From NCBI GenBank assembly GCA_010093815.1, contig ML996579.1: a DNA stretch of 64,000 bases; one strand, 5' to 3'. The notes beneath the pieces are model-generated. The model made no database searches. It worked only from the letters and a program-made list of their open reading frames with translations, and was not told the DNA's origin. Position 1 is the stretch's first letter. The number at the start of each line of letters is the position of its first letter. Positions 1-12,912 of this stretch are shown one piece after another. The position numbers and the translations under genes were made by a program. This stretch comes from Pseudovirgaria hyperparasitica. Its lineage: Eukaryota.

Positions 1-47
1 ACCTCCGCAATCGTCAACCTATTGGTATTCGTTCTCATCCACCAATA

Positions 48-2142
48 ATGCCTCCGCGGCTCAGAGTCGCCCGTACTGCGTTCAAGTCTATACGGTGGTT
101 TCAGGTGCCCGATACATTCGTATGCCCATCCTGCTCAACCTGGCGCCTGTCATACCCGCTCCGACGACAACGCGCATCGCTTTTCCGGACCTACATACGC
201 AGCTATGCGTCGACTATTAGCTCGGCGACTACGATAAATGGATCGGCGCATATACCACCAGCTCATAAAGAGCTATATGAGGCTTTAGATGTGGTAAAGA
301 GCGAGGCGGGAAGCTATGTGAACCTGAGCAGATTGCAGCTTGCGTTAAATGGGCTCGCGGCGAGAGATGCGGTCATACGAATTGCTGGTGAGTGAGAGAT
401 GAGGAGAATTGTAAAGATCCTGTGCTGATCAGGCCGTATATCAGTGCTCTCTATTGGGGATTCGGGCATAGCGAGGCGCCTGGTGAAGGCGCTTCTTGCG
501 GACCCGCTGGCCGAGGTAGAGGCCTGGGAGAAGGAGCTCGAGAATGGAGGGGATGGGCGAGCGCTATTATTGCGGTATGACTCGATTATATGCGTCGTGA
601 ATGGCATGAAGCTAATGAGGTTGCAGATACGGCGAAGAAGATAGCGCATTTCTGAATGATAACCCTCTTGTCAAGACGATACATATACCATCTACAAGCC
701 TACAACGGCATAACCTGGAGATCTTGGTCACATCTCTGAACATTGATCCCTCTAGTACCAGCCGATCACTCGCCACAGATAGTCCCCGCGATGCGTTTCT
801 GATACCTACCATACAAATTCCTACATCTTTCTCTGGTCGGCAGACATTGGTCACATATCCTGTTCACAAGGCTGTTGTGGTTGGAAGGGGTATTGAGAGC
901 GCTGTGGCATACGGCAGCTTCATGGCAGGTCATCATGATGATCAAGCGGATCGCGATATGTTGAAGGTCGCGATTGACATACCAGCTCCTGAAACAGAAA
1001 CAACAGAGAAAACATCTGCGCTCGCATGCAGTGTTGACATCCAATTAGCTGATGCGGCGATATCCACATTCCGTAAATCAGTAGCGAACTCTATAGCCTA
1101 TGAGAAAGGCTGGTTCAGGAGCGGACTTGCTCCACTCCAGAAATGGCTTGTAGAGGGCTCTGAAACGCCAACTACGTCCATCAAACCTGCTCTAGTAAAA
1201 CTTCTCAAATCTACGTTGGATGAATCGAAAACGAATGTTGCCATGGAGGAGAGCCAGTATCAGTCCAAACTTCTATCAGCATCCGTTCCCGCCGCCACCA
1301 AAACCTCAATCTCTACCAGCATTACCACCTGGGCCGAACACTCACACCGCGAGCTGCGCAACGAGCTGGATGAGGCCTTCACCAGCCACCAATGGCGTAG
1401 GATTTCATGGTGGAAACTATTCTTCCGCGTTGATGATGTGACAATGATCACATCTGATGTTCTCGAGCGTAGATGGTTGCTTAGTGCCGAGAAGGCTCTT
1501 ATATTCATAGGCGGTCGCCTTAAAGAAGCTGGATATTCGTTGGATGCAGCAGAGATAAGGATGACAACGAGCTCCGCCCTGCCTGATCTTATGGAGGCAA
1601 GATCGGAAAAGACTACTTCGGACACTAATGCTGAGAGCATAATTGGCCGCGAAGGTGGCGCTGAAAAGGCGGCATTAGAGAACACCACACACAATCTGAC
1701 ATCAAGGCACAAGGACCTACCATCCTTTATCCGGCTCACTCGCGAGCATCTCCTCAACGACACTATTCCCCCTCTACAAGCACTTGCCCAATTGCTAGTG
1801 CTTCAGACATACTCAACAGCAGGTCTGATGTCAGCACTGGCAGGACTAACCTACGTGGCGTCGCCAGCATGGTCACCCGAAGCTGGAGCAATTGCAGCCC
1901 TGGGCGTGGTGTACTCTCTGCGCCGACTACAGAGGCGATGGGAAGGCGCGAGGGAGTACTGGGAGGCCGACGTGCGAGAGCAGGCGCGGAAAGCGCTCAA
2001 GGCGTCCGAGGAGATGGCGAGGGGCCGTGTCGAGGAGTTGAGCCGGCCGAAGACAGACTTGGAGGGTGTCGAGGCGAGGAAGAAAGTCCGGGAGGTGATT
2101 GAGAGGGCGAGAAAAGTTCTCGAGAAGGTTGTGAAAGGATAG
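48..2142 (+). CDS. Conserved fungal protein, Mmc1-like, with putative mitochondrial presequence; 3 exons (48-387, 445-574, 627-2142)
   Basis: Introns 388-444 (GTGAGT..GCTGAT..CAG) and 575-626 (GTATGA..GCTAAT..CAG) join the ORFs in frame. Arg-rich N-terminus with CPSC. WRRISWWKLFFRVDDV block and a C-terminal hydrophobic hairpin followed by LRRLQRRWE resemble the fungal Mmc1-like family (from memory). Confidence 0.7.
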
Positions 2143-2855
2143 ATGTGACGAGTGGTGTCGCAAAGTGTATATATAAATATTGGACTGCCTCGCACTCAGG
2201 GGAATATCAAGGTCATGCCCGTTTCGCACGCAACTATTCGTGATATGGTGCCTCCGCGTTTGGTGCTCCCTCACTGTAGTTTTAGAACTCATTCTCTGGA
2301 ACATAGCACGATTGGCATGAGACTCACCATTCGAACATTCCTTATTGGAGAAATCACTCGCGTTCATGTCTCTGGCTTGCCGCTTCCGTGTGCTTGGTAA
2401 CATCACTCACGTCAGCGCAGACGAACAGTAAGCATGATCCATCAATTCATTCATGTCGTGCAGCAATACAAACGAAACGTTATATAGTCTATATTGCAAG
2501 GGGTAAATAGTCGGCGGGTGACTTGGTGTTTCACTCTTAGATATGTCCAGGTAACGTTTGAGTTGGCTAAGGTGGGTTGTGCAATGGCTTCTTGTGTCTA
2601 TGCTTGCACCAGATCGTGCTACTTGTTCTTGATCCCGATGGCTAATTATAGGAGCTAAAATGCTGTTATAAGAGCAAGAGGATGTGTTGTTTGCGGCGAA
2701 GAATGAATACTAGGCCCGATGTAGCCTAGTATATTGGGAGTCCGGAGGGGAGCTGTTTGGAGTTAATGCTCTGCTGCTCCGCAACTCTGTCTTCAGGACA
2801 TCCGCTTGAAGCAATTGAAGCCTCTATACTGACATCAAACTCCTTTGTGGACCAT

Positions 2856-3777
2856 ATGGCGAGCTCAATTAGTGTCAGAGCCTCACGCTCGACAATCCAG
2901 AGCTATGTTACTCGTTGGTAAGTCGACATGCGTATCCCGGAGCTCTTCTATAGCTCATCCGACCCAGGGACGTTCCCCGCCGACTACTCAGCGGCGCCCA
3001 GCTTCCAGCTCTAGAGCACTCCCGGTTCCAACATACCACAAAACGTGCGTCTCGCTCGTTCACGACTTCTGCGCCATGTTTCAAGAAGAAGGGCAAGAAT
3101 GACTCCGCCCCGCCCGCGAACGCAGCCGCACCGAAAACGACACCGGTCGACGCTCTTTTCGACCTTTCTGAGCTGGAGTCGAAGATACTGAAGGCGATTG
3201 AGAGACTCACACATGAGCTCTCTCTGTTGCGTGGCAATGGGAAGATCAACCCAGATCTGCTCCTCGACCTCAAAGTCAAAGTGGGCAAAGGCGATGAGAA
3301 AGAGACTGTGCTGCTGTCCGACGTGGCGCACGTCATACCTCACGGCCGCATAATAGATGTCATAGTCGGTGACGAGGAGGTTAGCTATACAGTAACCCGC
3401 CGTATTATGCGGCGACAGAAGCTGACTCGCAGTCCTAGCATATAAAAGCCGTCACGTCTGCTATCAGAGCGTCTGCGCACAGTCTCAATCCTAACCCGCC
3501 AAAACCAGACAATCCCCTGACGATACCCGTGCCCATACCGCCTCCGACAGCAGAGTCCCGGCAGCAGACCGTGGAGCAGGCTAAAGTTCTGGGCCGTGCA
3601 GCCAATGATGCAGTGCAGCATGCAAGAGCCGGACATAACAAGAAGATTCAAAACACCAAAGCACGGTCGGATGACATTAAGAAAGCAAAGGAAGATATGG
3701 AAAAGGTAGTGAAGAGGAGCAAAGAAGACATCAAGCGGCTCGTAGATGGAGCAGTACAGGTTCTGGATAAGCATTAA
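2856..3777 (+). CDS. RRF1: Mitochondrial ribosome recycling factor; 3 exons (2856-2917, ~2968-3379, 3439-3777)
   Basis: Spliced product has a basic presequence (RASRSFTTSAPCFKKKG), then KAIERLTHELSLLRGNGKINPDLL..LSDVAHV..TIPVPIPPPTAESRQQ..KEDMEK, the RRF fold pattern. Intron 2 is 3380-3438 (GTTAGC..GCTGAC..TAG). The acceptor of intron 1 is uncertain (2967 or 2991 both keep frame). Confidence 0.85.
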
Positions 3778-3883
3778 GCCTCATTATATCACACGAAGAT
3801 TTCGTGGGTAAATATCGCTATCTCATGCTATATACAGTCCATCGTCCGCCCCTATCTATTTACACCTCGTCCGAACCCATGCC

Positions 3884-5471
3884 CTAGAATCCATATATCT
3901 GCGTCCCTTTTGGCAGAGAGACCCTAAATACCAGCGCCTGGTTGTTCAGATCCGTCTTGTCCGCATACGCATACTTGCCAAAATTCAAATGCCCATCCGT
4001 CGTGATAAAATCATTATCCGAGAACGAAAACAAGAAATACTCCTCCTTGTCCTCACCCAAGACCGGCGCAAGCGCCAAGCTCTCCCATTTCTCGTTTAGT
4101 AACCCGTCGTCCTGCGCCCCACCGTTATGCAGACCGAACTTGGCCAACTCGCTGTTAACATTGAAATCCAGAAATGAGCAGTATGTCGCTGCCTTGAGCC
4201 CCTTTTTGAGGTTCCCGTCCTTGTCCGCGATCGCACCGCCCGTCTTGTCATACGTATCGCCTTTAATATTGCTTGCGGAAGAAATGTCAAAGACGTCGAC
4301 GTGACGATACAGCGACTCGGAGTAATCAGCGCCACGGCCCGCGCCGTCACGTGCAAGGACGAGATACTGCGACGCGCTGATAGCGAGGATCTCAGACTGC
4401 GCAGCGACGCGCTTCTTGCCCTCGTTATTGGTGTACTGCGGCAGCGAGACGATATTCTCGCCCAGATACGCCGGCGGCGAAATGGAGACGTCGTACTGCA
4501 AGAACCGCGCCTGCAGCCCGTCCTTCTTACTCGTGCCGCCCTCCTGGATAAGCGCGGACTGGACGAGCACGGAGAGCGTGTTGCCGTCCGCGGAGAGCGT
4601 GAGGCCCTCGAAGCCCTGGTTGTTTGCGCGGCCAGACTGCGGGTCCGTGGGCGTGAGGGTGCGGGTGCTGTCGTACAGGGGTGGGTTATCGGATGCGTAG
4701 CTGGCGGTGTTGTTGCGCAGCGGTGTGAATGCGGCGGGCGGGGCGATGGCGGCCGTCATGCGGCCGCTGCGGTCGAAGTGGTAGATGCGTGGGCCGTATT
4801 CGTCGCTGACCCAGAAGCCGGATGGGGTGAGGACGAGGCCTTCGGCGTCGAGGGCAATGCGCGAGTCGCCTGGGCCGGTGGTGTTGGCGTAGCCGTCACC
4901 TGGGTAGGTTGCGACGGGGAGGTCGGGGAATCCTGGGTATTGAAGGGAGCCGGTTGGGTCGGCGTCGAGGCCGGTTGTGGGCTCGCCGGTTGGGCCGGTG
5001 AAGAGGACGGAGTCGAGGTAGGTGAGTTGGAGATTTGGGGATCCGGTCTGGGCTGGGGTGAAGTGGATTTGGAACTTGTGGACGCGGTTTTGGTAGTTGA
5101 TTGTGCCTTTTTGTTGGAGATGTTAGCTCTCTGGACAGCCATTATGGGGAGACGATGTACGTACCTTGAGTGTTCCACCCTCTGTCTGGAAGTGTCCAGA
5201 CGATTCCCTCGTACTGGTCTCCATTCTTCTTCCACGACCCCTTTTCAATCGCAATGGAGCTTCCGATGCCACCAAGCGTGTCGCCATACTTATCCACAGC
5301 ATTCGCCTTGATCAGACCATACCCAGCCAAGCTCTTGTATGAATACGCCTTGCCGTTACACGTGATATCCTTCACATTTCCAGTCGTCGCATTATCTCGT
5401 CGAGCCGGGCTCGCTCCAACGACCGCAGCGCCGAGTGCAAGTGCCGCAGCAACACCCTTGAAGTTAACCAT
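3884..5471 (-). CDS. Secreted phytase-like (esterase-like activity of phytase) domain protein; 2 exons (5471-5165, 5106-3884)
   Basis: Signal peptide MVNFKGVAAALALGAAVVGA. Motifs GDTLGGIGS, LPDRGWN, LDAEGL, FWVSDEYGP, NNQGFEGL, EKWESL, SDNDF. Intron 5107-5164 (GTACGT..GCTAAC..AAG). Confidence 0.85.
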
Positions 5472-5795
5472 TATCAAAAGAGAGAATCCTGATACCAAAG
5501 CCTTAGCCCAGCTCCCCCAATAGTCCAGGCCGGCGGTCCAGTCTTTATATCACAAAACCCAATCGCCACTCAACCCCCCGAGGAAACTGGATTTTGCCCA
5601 TGGATAGAATGTAGTCAGTCCACGACGACGCAAAGAGCGCTGATTGGCCAGAAGCACGCGGAAGGAGGATCGCGCCGCCACGACCGGACCGGGATGATGG
5701 AACTGACGGCGCGTACCCCACGCTAGCGAGTTGCGCCTCAAAGCCACCGGAATAGGCAGTTCGCATCTTCAGTCGCCATCGGAGTGCATCGTTTG

Positions 5796-5801
5796 CACGT
5801 G
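5796..5801. promoter_or_regulatory. CACGTG E-box, candidate Pho4/NUC-1/PalcA phosphate-response site
   Basis: GCACGTGG lies ~325 bp upstream of the phytase-like start codon. A single hexamer could be chance. Confidence 0.3.
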
Positions 5802-6432
5802 GATGCTCCATAATGCCTCATTGGCTGCAGCCCTCATTTGCTGGGGAGAATGTTGCTACGTGGTACGTAGTATTGCTTTGCCCTGGAATCGCTTCGCTAT
5901 TGGATTCGCCCCCTGGCGATGTCATGCTTGCATTTGCGGCCTCGCCGAGCTAGTGTGATGGCATTGGTCGTTGGGATTTTGGGGGTCGTCATGCTGGAAT
6001 ATGCTGCAGTCCAGCCCGTATATGCGGCTCCATGATCGTGAAATGGCGTCAAAAGGCCAGGACTGTTCGTGTTGTCCTGGTCCAATCGACCCGCCCGCGT
6101 GGTCCTGGATCTGCTGCGCCGATGACTTGCTGTATAACACACATAAACATAGAGATAGCCGAGTCGTACGTGGGAGAGTGGCTTGGCAGTACATCTTTGT
6201 ATCTGCATAACCTCCTTTCGTCGTTCATTCCGGCAGTAGCACACATTGAGCTCTTCGTTCAGCCTGGTTGCAAGGTGTGATCGAAAGAACATGATGGAAG
6301 GGCGAATAAACACACCTCCTGGAAGACCAATTCGCTAACATGAAAATAAACCCGTCCCGGCCCCTGAAAATGCACCTCAAGCCTGCCGAGCTTGCCCAAA
6401 CCAACTCCGTACCCAGTACATCATCTCGCCGT

Positions 6433-9400
6433 TCACATTTCGCTGTCCAGCAGACTATTTACAATACTCTCATCATTACTTTTCCTGGGTGCATTACTCC
6501 TCTGTGGTGCTGCTTTCTTTGGCCTGCCCCTCCCTCGCTTTGATAGTCTGACTTCCGGAATTATAGTCCCTTCAGCTTCGGGCGGAGCCCCAAACATAGT
6601 TTCGGCACCTTCTTGGTGTTCTACTTCGGTTGAATCGACGGCATCAACCATCTCCGAGTCCTGCATCTCAGTGTCGCTGTCTTCCTTAACGGCAGGAATT
6701 GGTTCAGGTGCCATCACAGCACCATTTTCATCAGGTACTTCAGTGTCCTCTCCTTCGTCTTCATCGACGTCACCTACATTAGGCACTTCAGTCTCATTGC
6801 CTTCATCCTCATCAGGAGCGCCATCACTGGTCTCGGTTGCCACAGATTTCTGGTCTTCGTCCTCAATATCGTCAGCGACGACTTCGGCTTCGCCGACGAT
6901 CTTGGTGAGGGACGCTTGGAGCTTGGTAAGCGTTGTCCGACTCGTAGCATCTGGTGCAACGCCAGACGACAGCGCACTCGTCGCGAGATCGTTCAATGCC
7001 TGCAGGGTTCCAACGTACTCCGCACTAGGAACATGGGACTTTGATGTCGTGGCGTTCGCAGGGATGTATAGCTTGGATAGAAGGGCTAAGAGTTGCTTAC
7101 ATTCTTCCTCTACACGGACATCAATACGGGTCAAGTGTAAAGGTTTAATCGACTTACGTGAACAGCGTGAGTCCGTGACTCGTTCCAATATGTCAAGCGC
7201 CAGCACGACATGAGGCTCATCTACCTCTACGTCGTTTTGGCTTGCCCTGACCATGCCTGTATTGACAATGCGCCTTCCATCCGTCCATTCTGCCAGCATT
7301 CCAACAATGGTTGTCCAGCCCACAAAGTCTTCTTCGGCGAAGTTAGTCTCAAGATTCGTCATGAGCTCGTGAATTACATCTGTGAGTAGTCCAGCAATCT
7401 GGACTGCATTGAATTGCCTGCTATGGCAATAAACAGGGAGGAAATAGCTCAGAGCTTGTTGAAGACCTGGGTTGGCTGTTGTATCCGGCGAAAAGAACCT
7501 GAATATGAGATCTCTTAGAATCCCTGCTTCGTACTCAGCGGGGAGTACGTGAAGTAGTAGCAATTTGGAAAGCCCGATAACCGCGTTGAGTCGAAGAGCT
7601 GCTGGCGCTGATTCCAAGAGGGCCTTCCTGTATGCTTTGACGATTATGCGTTGAGTGACCTCCTTTCTCTTACTTGAATTCGGGTTTCCCTCCTCTGCCA
7701 CCTTTAGGGAAGTAAAGAGGGTGGGATGGTGAATAAGGATATCAGTAATGACCTGAAGGCATATGACCTGTAGGGACTCAGCGCCCTTGGCAAAGCAGTG
7801 CATCAAAAGGTCCATGTTTGACTCGGCCAATTCCTGTTGATCTCGTGAGCCATCAATTCAATACCTCTCGATTACGAATATCGTCTTACTCTACTCTGTA
7901 AGCAACAGAGACCCAGGCATATGATGCCTCGCTCCCTGATAGCCGCCTCATGACTCTGAACAGCCGGAATGATCTGGATGTGCAGCATGGTCGTCAATTC
8001 ATTGTTCTGCGATAGATCCATCTTTACTTCTTGCAGCATGCACTGCGCAAGATGTAAGCACTTCATGGTGACGACGAGTATGTTGAAGGCCTTCTCCTCG
8101 TCGGCCTCTGTGAATTCGCGTTCACTGGATGATCTCCTCAACTTGTTGGGAGGAGGCGTGTCTTCTCCACTAACCTCGGAACGAGCAGAATGAAAGCTGT
8201 CATCTGCTGCTATGTCCGAACCATCTTCGCCAACGACAGTATCGCGTATCTCTGCCATGGCTTCTTGTACGACGGCACAAAATTCTCGTTCACCAGCCGC
8301 ATCCTGGCTGCAGACGGTACGCAAAACTTCTATGGCCAATCGAGTAGACTCTTCCGGCAACTCGGGCAGAGCAAGGGCCTCGCGCATAATCGAAAAAATC
8401 TTTCTCCGCCCAACCTCATCCGTGTAATCAAAAGTAAGCGCCATGTGAAGCATTTGTTCAACGCAAAATTCCTGCTGCACAGTATCTTCCTCAATCTCGG
8501 TATCTTCGCTCGATGCCACCTTTCGAACACCCTCGATAAACACATTTAGGTGATTCTTGAGGAAAAACGCGAATTTGGTGACTTCCGGCATCTTCTCCTC
8601 AATCAGCTCCTGAAGTCGACTGTCTTTCGCATATCGACAGTAGTCATTCAAAGTGCGTACGACGAACGCGCTCTCTGGTGTCAGATTGGACCAGAAATCA
8701 TCATCAAACGATAGATATTCGCGATAATCAGGTCGTCTTTCCCAAAACTCCTTCATCGCGTCTTTGCCAAAGCCAGACTCGGTACCGGAATTGACAATGT
8801 CAATCCTTTCTAGCAGCTCTAGGAGCGCTGCCAGTGAAGGCACGGCATTTTGACCCTGAGGCGCGGACGTCCCGTCTTCAGTCGCGTTCGGTTGACCCGC
8901 ACAGTTTTCAATCCATCGCTCACAGAAGAGACGTGCAGCGGCCTTGCGAACGTTCTCATCACGATCGCGAAGACCCCATCTCATCAACTTTTCCCTGGTA
9001 GTCAAAGATATATGTCTGAAATCGAGCTGAGGCAGAAAACGTGCATATTCTGCCTTCCTTGTTGCGTAGTCCATATCACGAGCTCGTTCGAGGAGGTGGT
9101 ATAAGGTACTCTGTGAGATTGGTAGATTCAATAGTAGCTTTCGGCGAACTTCAGCGCTCGGATCATTCTGTAAGACATCTAGAAGTTTGTCGAGGATACC
9201 CCCAGCCAATCCGTCGTCACTGTCGTCGTCTTCATCATCCTCGTCAGTGTCATCGGCAAGCCGACAAAGTCCGATTGCTGCTTGGACCCGCACAGAACTT
9301 TCCTTATCGCGTAATCTCTTCAGTAGGCCAAGTCGTAGGTGTTGAAATAGGTCGTTATCCACAGAATCCGCAGTGATGATAATTTGCACAATAATCTGGG

Positions 9401-9992
9401 TTGCTCTGAATCGTACGACCTTGTCTTTTACGTCGAGCACTTGCAATGCCAATTTCAGTACGTGCGTTGTCAATCTAGTGCTAGGGGTCTCGTCGACAAA
9501 GTCGGTAGTCTCATCTTCGCCGTGGGCAAGTGCTGCATCTGCGATTAATCAGCACTGCTATGTCGACCGGGTCTCTGTTCAAGAAGTCTTACCTTTTTCG
9601 CTGGCATGTTTCAAGAAAAGGGTAATGAACCTCACAACGTTGTCTCCGGCCGGTTCACTCTTCTTAATAGCCAAGACACGAACCAAGCATCTCCCAGTCT
9701 CTTCATTGAAGTCCTCTTCGCTCGAACTTGCTTCCGGTTTGTTCTTCTTTGCTGGGAGGGTAGGCTCGTAACAACATGCTTCTTGAATCTTCCGGAGGTT
9801 GACAACAAGCTTTCGCTGCGCAGTAGTGCTGCGTGCTGTATCTGCAAATATTTGGCATACACGGGTCCTCAGTGTTGTCGTTGGGCCTTCGTCTGGTATT
9901 TCGATCGCGTTGGCTGAGGTGCGCGCAGAACCTGAGCCACGACTACGGGTCGCGGCACTGGTCTTTGATGCCCGTCCGACTCGTGCTGGCAT
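6433..9992 (-). CDS. YCG1: Condensin HEAT subunit Ycg1/Cnd3 (CAP-G); 4 exons (9992-9593, 9538-7890, 7833-7158, 7109-6433)
   Basis: HEAT motifs KDKVVRFRATQ, RLRDKESSVRVQA, LQNDPSAEVRR, LLERARD, WGLRDRDENVR, LQQALSYFLPVYCHS; acidic C-terminal tail; GT-AG introns restore the frame. Confidence 0.93.
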
Positions 9993-10263
9993 TGCGGCGA
10001 CTATTAGAATGCGCGTTGCCTGTCGTAAAGTCGTGAGGCCAAGCCAATTTCAATCTGCCAGTGTCGAGAATCTAGAGTTTGCGGTATTGTTTGTCTGTTT
10101 ACGGCATCCAATTAGGTTAGCGTGGCCGATCCCTAATGGCCTTCCGCCGGCCGTGACAAATGACGTGTTGCGATCGCCGCTAGCCGGCAGAAAGAAGCTC
10201 TACAAGGATACTACAACAGCCCACGTTTAAGCTCACCCTCTGGACATCTCTCAGCAGTCACAT

Positions 10264-11465
10264 ATGATGTTCCGGACGAGCGTACGACGGTTCACAACCA
10301 CAGCCTGGAGGTCGGCAGAAGCGATCGCGCAAATGGAAACACGGATAAAGCGCAACATCGAAATTTCAAAAGCGCAACGCATTGCGCAAAGAGGTCTCGT
10401 TGATGGTACGTATAGCAATTTATACAGTCCTATAAGCATGGGACGAACAAGACTGATCATATAATAGCAATTGGAAATACTCCCCTTATTCGTATGAACC
10501 ATATCTCTGACCAGACAGGCTGCGAAATTCTTGGAAAAGCAGAGTACCAAAACCCCGGTGGCTCTGTGAAGGATCGCGCCGCGCTCTTCGTCGTCGAACA
10601 TGCCGAGAAGCAAGGGCTTTTGCGAGCGGGTGGCACTGTCGTAGAGGGCACCGCTGGCAACACCGGAATTGGTCTTGCACATGTCTGTCGCTCGAAAGGA
10701 TACAAGCTCGTCATCTACATGCCAAATACGCAATCGCAGGGCAAGATAGACCACCTCCGTCTGCTCGGTGCAGAGGTATACCCCGTTCCTGCGGTCGCAT
10801 TTGAAAATCCCGAGAATTATAATCACCAGGCGAAGCGCCACGCTGAGAGCATGAATAATGCAGTTTGGACAAACCAGTTCGACAATACAGCGAATAGGCA
10901 GGCGCACATCGAGACTACTGGGCCTGAGATATGGTACCAGACTGAGGGGAAGCTGGATGCATTCACATGTGCCACTGGTACAGGTGGCACGCTGGCAGGC
11001 GTGACGCGGTACCTGAAAGAGAAGTCTGACGGCCGCGTAAAGTCTTTCCTTGCCGATCCTCCGGGGTCAGTCCTGCATTCATACATCCAGTCGGGCGGTA
11101 AGCTTACAGAGCGCGCCGGTGGCTCCATAACAGAAGGAATAGGCCAAGGTCGTGTTACTGACAATTTGAAACCCGACATCGATCTTCTCGACGGCTCTGT
11201 GCATATTCCAGATGAAGAGACTATTGCGATGGTGTACTCATGTTTGGATCAGGAAGGAGTCTACCTCGGCGCGAGCTCGTGTCTGAATGTCGTAGCTGCG
11301 GTGAAGGTAGCCCAAAAACTTGGCCCGGGGCACACTGTTGTGACAATGCTCTGCGATGGAGCCTCTCGCTATGCAGAGCGGCTGTTCTCGCGGAAATGGC
11401 TGGAACAGAAGAACTTGTTAACGTCGATACCCAAGGGGCTGGAAAAGTATATAGTACTGCCATAG
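10264..11465 (+). CDS. cysB: Cysteine synthase (O-acetylserine sulfhydrylase) with probable mitochondrial presequence; 2 exons (10264-10405, 10468-11465)
   Basis: AIGNTPLI after splicing; PLP-lysine motif [44 protein letters not shown]. Confidence 0.95.
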
Positions 11466-11587
11466 GCACCCGGTACTAAATGATTTCATGTTTATTCGCC
11501 TAACTAGCCAAGAGCCTACGTAGGTCTAAGGGTCAATTCTTTATCATTCTCTCATCATGGTGACTCGCCTAGCTCTCATGATGTTTA

Positions 11588-12690
11588 TCATAGAACTGTG
11601 CCGAAACCGAAAGTCCGTTTGATACTTATCACATAGTAATTCTCCCAGTTGGTTTTTACAACGTCTTCTTTGCCTACAGGCACTCCCTTCCATTCTACGC
11701 GCATGACGGTGACGTGGTCTGCATCATTCTGATCGAACTTAATCTCAAGTGTCGAGAAATGGCCAGCGACCCAGTCGCTTTGTCGCCATTTCTGCACAAT
11801 CTTCGTTGGTGCCTCTAAGGTCACGTACTCACCGGAAATGTTGCCACCGAATAATTCGAACTTACCGCCAGCTTTTGCGCCTTCGAAGACCTTTGGAGGT
11901 GCCCGTGTGAACGCAGCAAGACGGTCAGGCTCGGTGAAGGTCTTATATAGCTCCTCGGCAGAAGTTCGGAACTCTGTTTGATCATTTACAGTCGTAACGT
12001 TGACAGATCCCTGTGTAGTGGTTTCGGCAGACTTTGAAACTTTGGTATCGCCTTTGGTGATATGCGAGCCGGGAAGGTATTTGGGTGTAGTGAAACCACT
12101 GGACGGATTTGAGCCAGGCGCGTGCTGGATGTCTTTCCCATGTTCGGAGATCAGGGTGGGGCCGAGCTTTTGAAGGTGCTTTCGCAATTGTGGTGTTATT
12201 TTTGCGCGCACAAGATCTTTCACTGGCTGTTTGCTGTTTGACTCAGAGTAGATGTCTATGTCAAACTATGCTGACTGTCAGATGATGCCGACATTGAGGC
12301 ATGAACGAGTGACAAGGGAACATACGACGTACTCATCTTCCTCCGTGTCGTGTGCGACCTCTGGAACAGTAATAGTTCCACTGACCTCTTCACCTTCTTT
12401 ATTCTTGCCTGGTATATGTCAGCGACAATGTCGCGGCTATTGTAGATAGATAGCGCCGACCACAGACCTGAGTATTCGAGTTGAAGTTTGACGTCGTAGA
12501 GCGTGATTACTTTGCCTTTTCTTTGACTAACATCTACATCTCCATCTAAGCTGATGACTTTGTCGATCTTGGCTGACACATCGCCCTCTTCTGCTGAGAT
12601 AGTTGAGAGAACCTTGTCGAGGTATTCTTTCGCCCAGGCGGATACGTCTTTGTTGACCCAGTGCCAATTATTTGGATTATGAAGAGCCAT
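11588..12690 (-). CDS. AHA1: Hsp90 ATPase activator Aha1; 3 coding exons (12690-12468, 12408-12326, 12265-11588)
   Basis: N-terminal HNPNNWHWVNKD and SQRKGKVITLYD motifs; C-terminal START-like AHSA1 domain (FELFGGNISG, KIVQKWR, NWENYY..IKRTFGFG). Confidence 0.95.
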
Positions 12691-12720
12691 TGTACCAGTC
12701 TGATGAGGCGATCTTATATG

Positions 12721-12912
12721 CTGAAATGCCAAATGTCATTAGCTTGTTTCGAAAAATATTTCGAGGCGTGGATGTGAAAGAGGATCATGTCAGATATGGA
12801 CGCTTTCAGCGACCGCAAGCTATTCCGCACGTGAAGGGAGTACAAATCCTGCTAGGCCTGGTGCCAGCTGTGGTATCATCATAAGAATTGAGTATATGAG
12901 AGATATACATAC
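12721..12912 (-). other. 5'UTR intron of aha1 (192 nt), host of a snoRNA
   Basis: Minus-strand donor AAG|GTATGT at 12912; branch GCTAAT and acceptor TTTCAG ending at 12721, 30 nt before the ATG. About three times longer than most introns in the window. Confidence 0.7.
12787..12885 (-). ncRNA. Box C/D snoRNA, snR40-like (candidate guide for 18S rRNA Gm562, yeast numbering)
   Basis: C box ATGATGA (12882-12876) and D box CTGA (12793-12790). Antisense element GCTGGCACCAG (12868-12858) is perfectly complementary to conserved 18S CUGGUGCCAGC and is followed by a degenerate D' (CCTA). TTGTACTC is complementary to the nearby 18S GAGUACAA. Intronic location. Confidence 0.75.

Noticed and set aside
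4301..5311. 336-aa plus-strand ORF
   Set aside because: Antisense shadow of the GC3-rich phytase-like gene; no independent motif.
6392..7213. 273-aa Ser-rich ORF with a hydrophobic start
   Set aside because: Antisense of the acidic ycg1 tail (GAN codons read as Ser-rich); not a real membrane protein.
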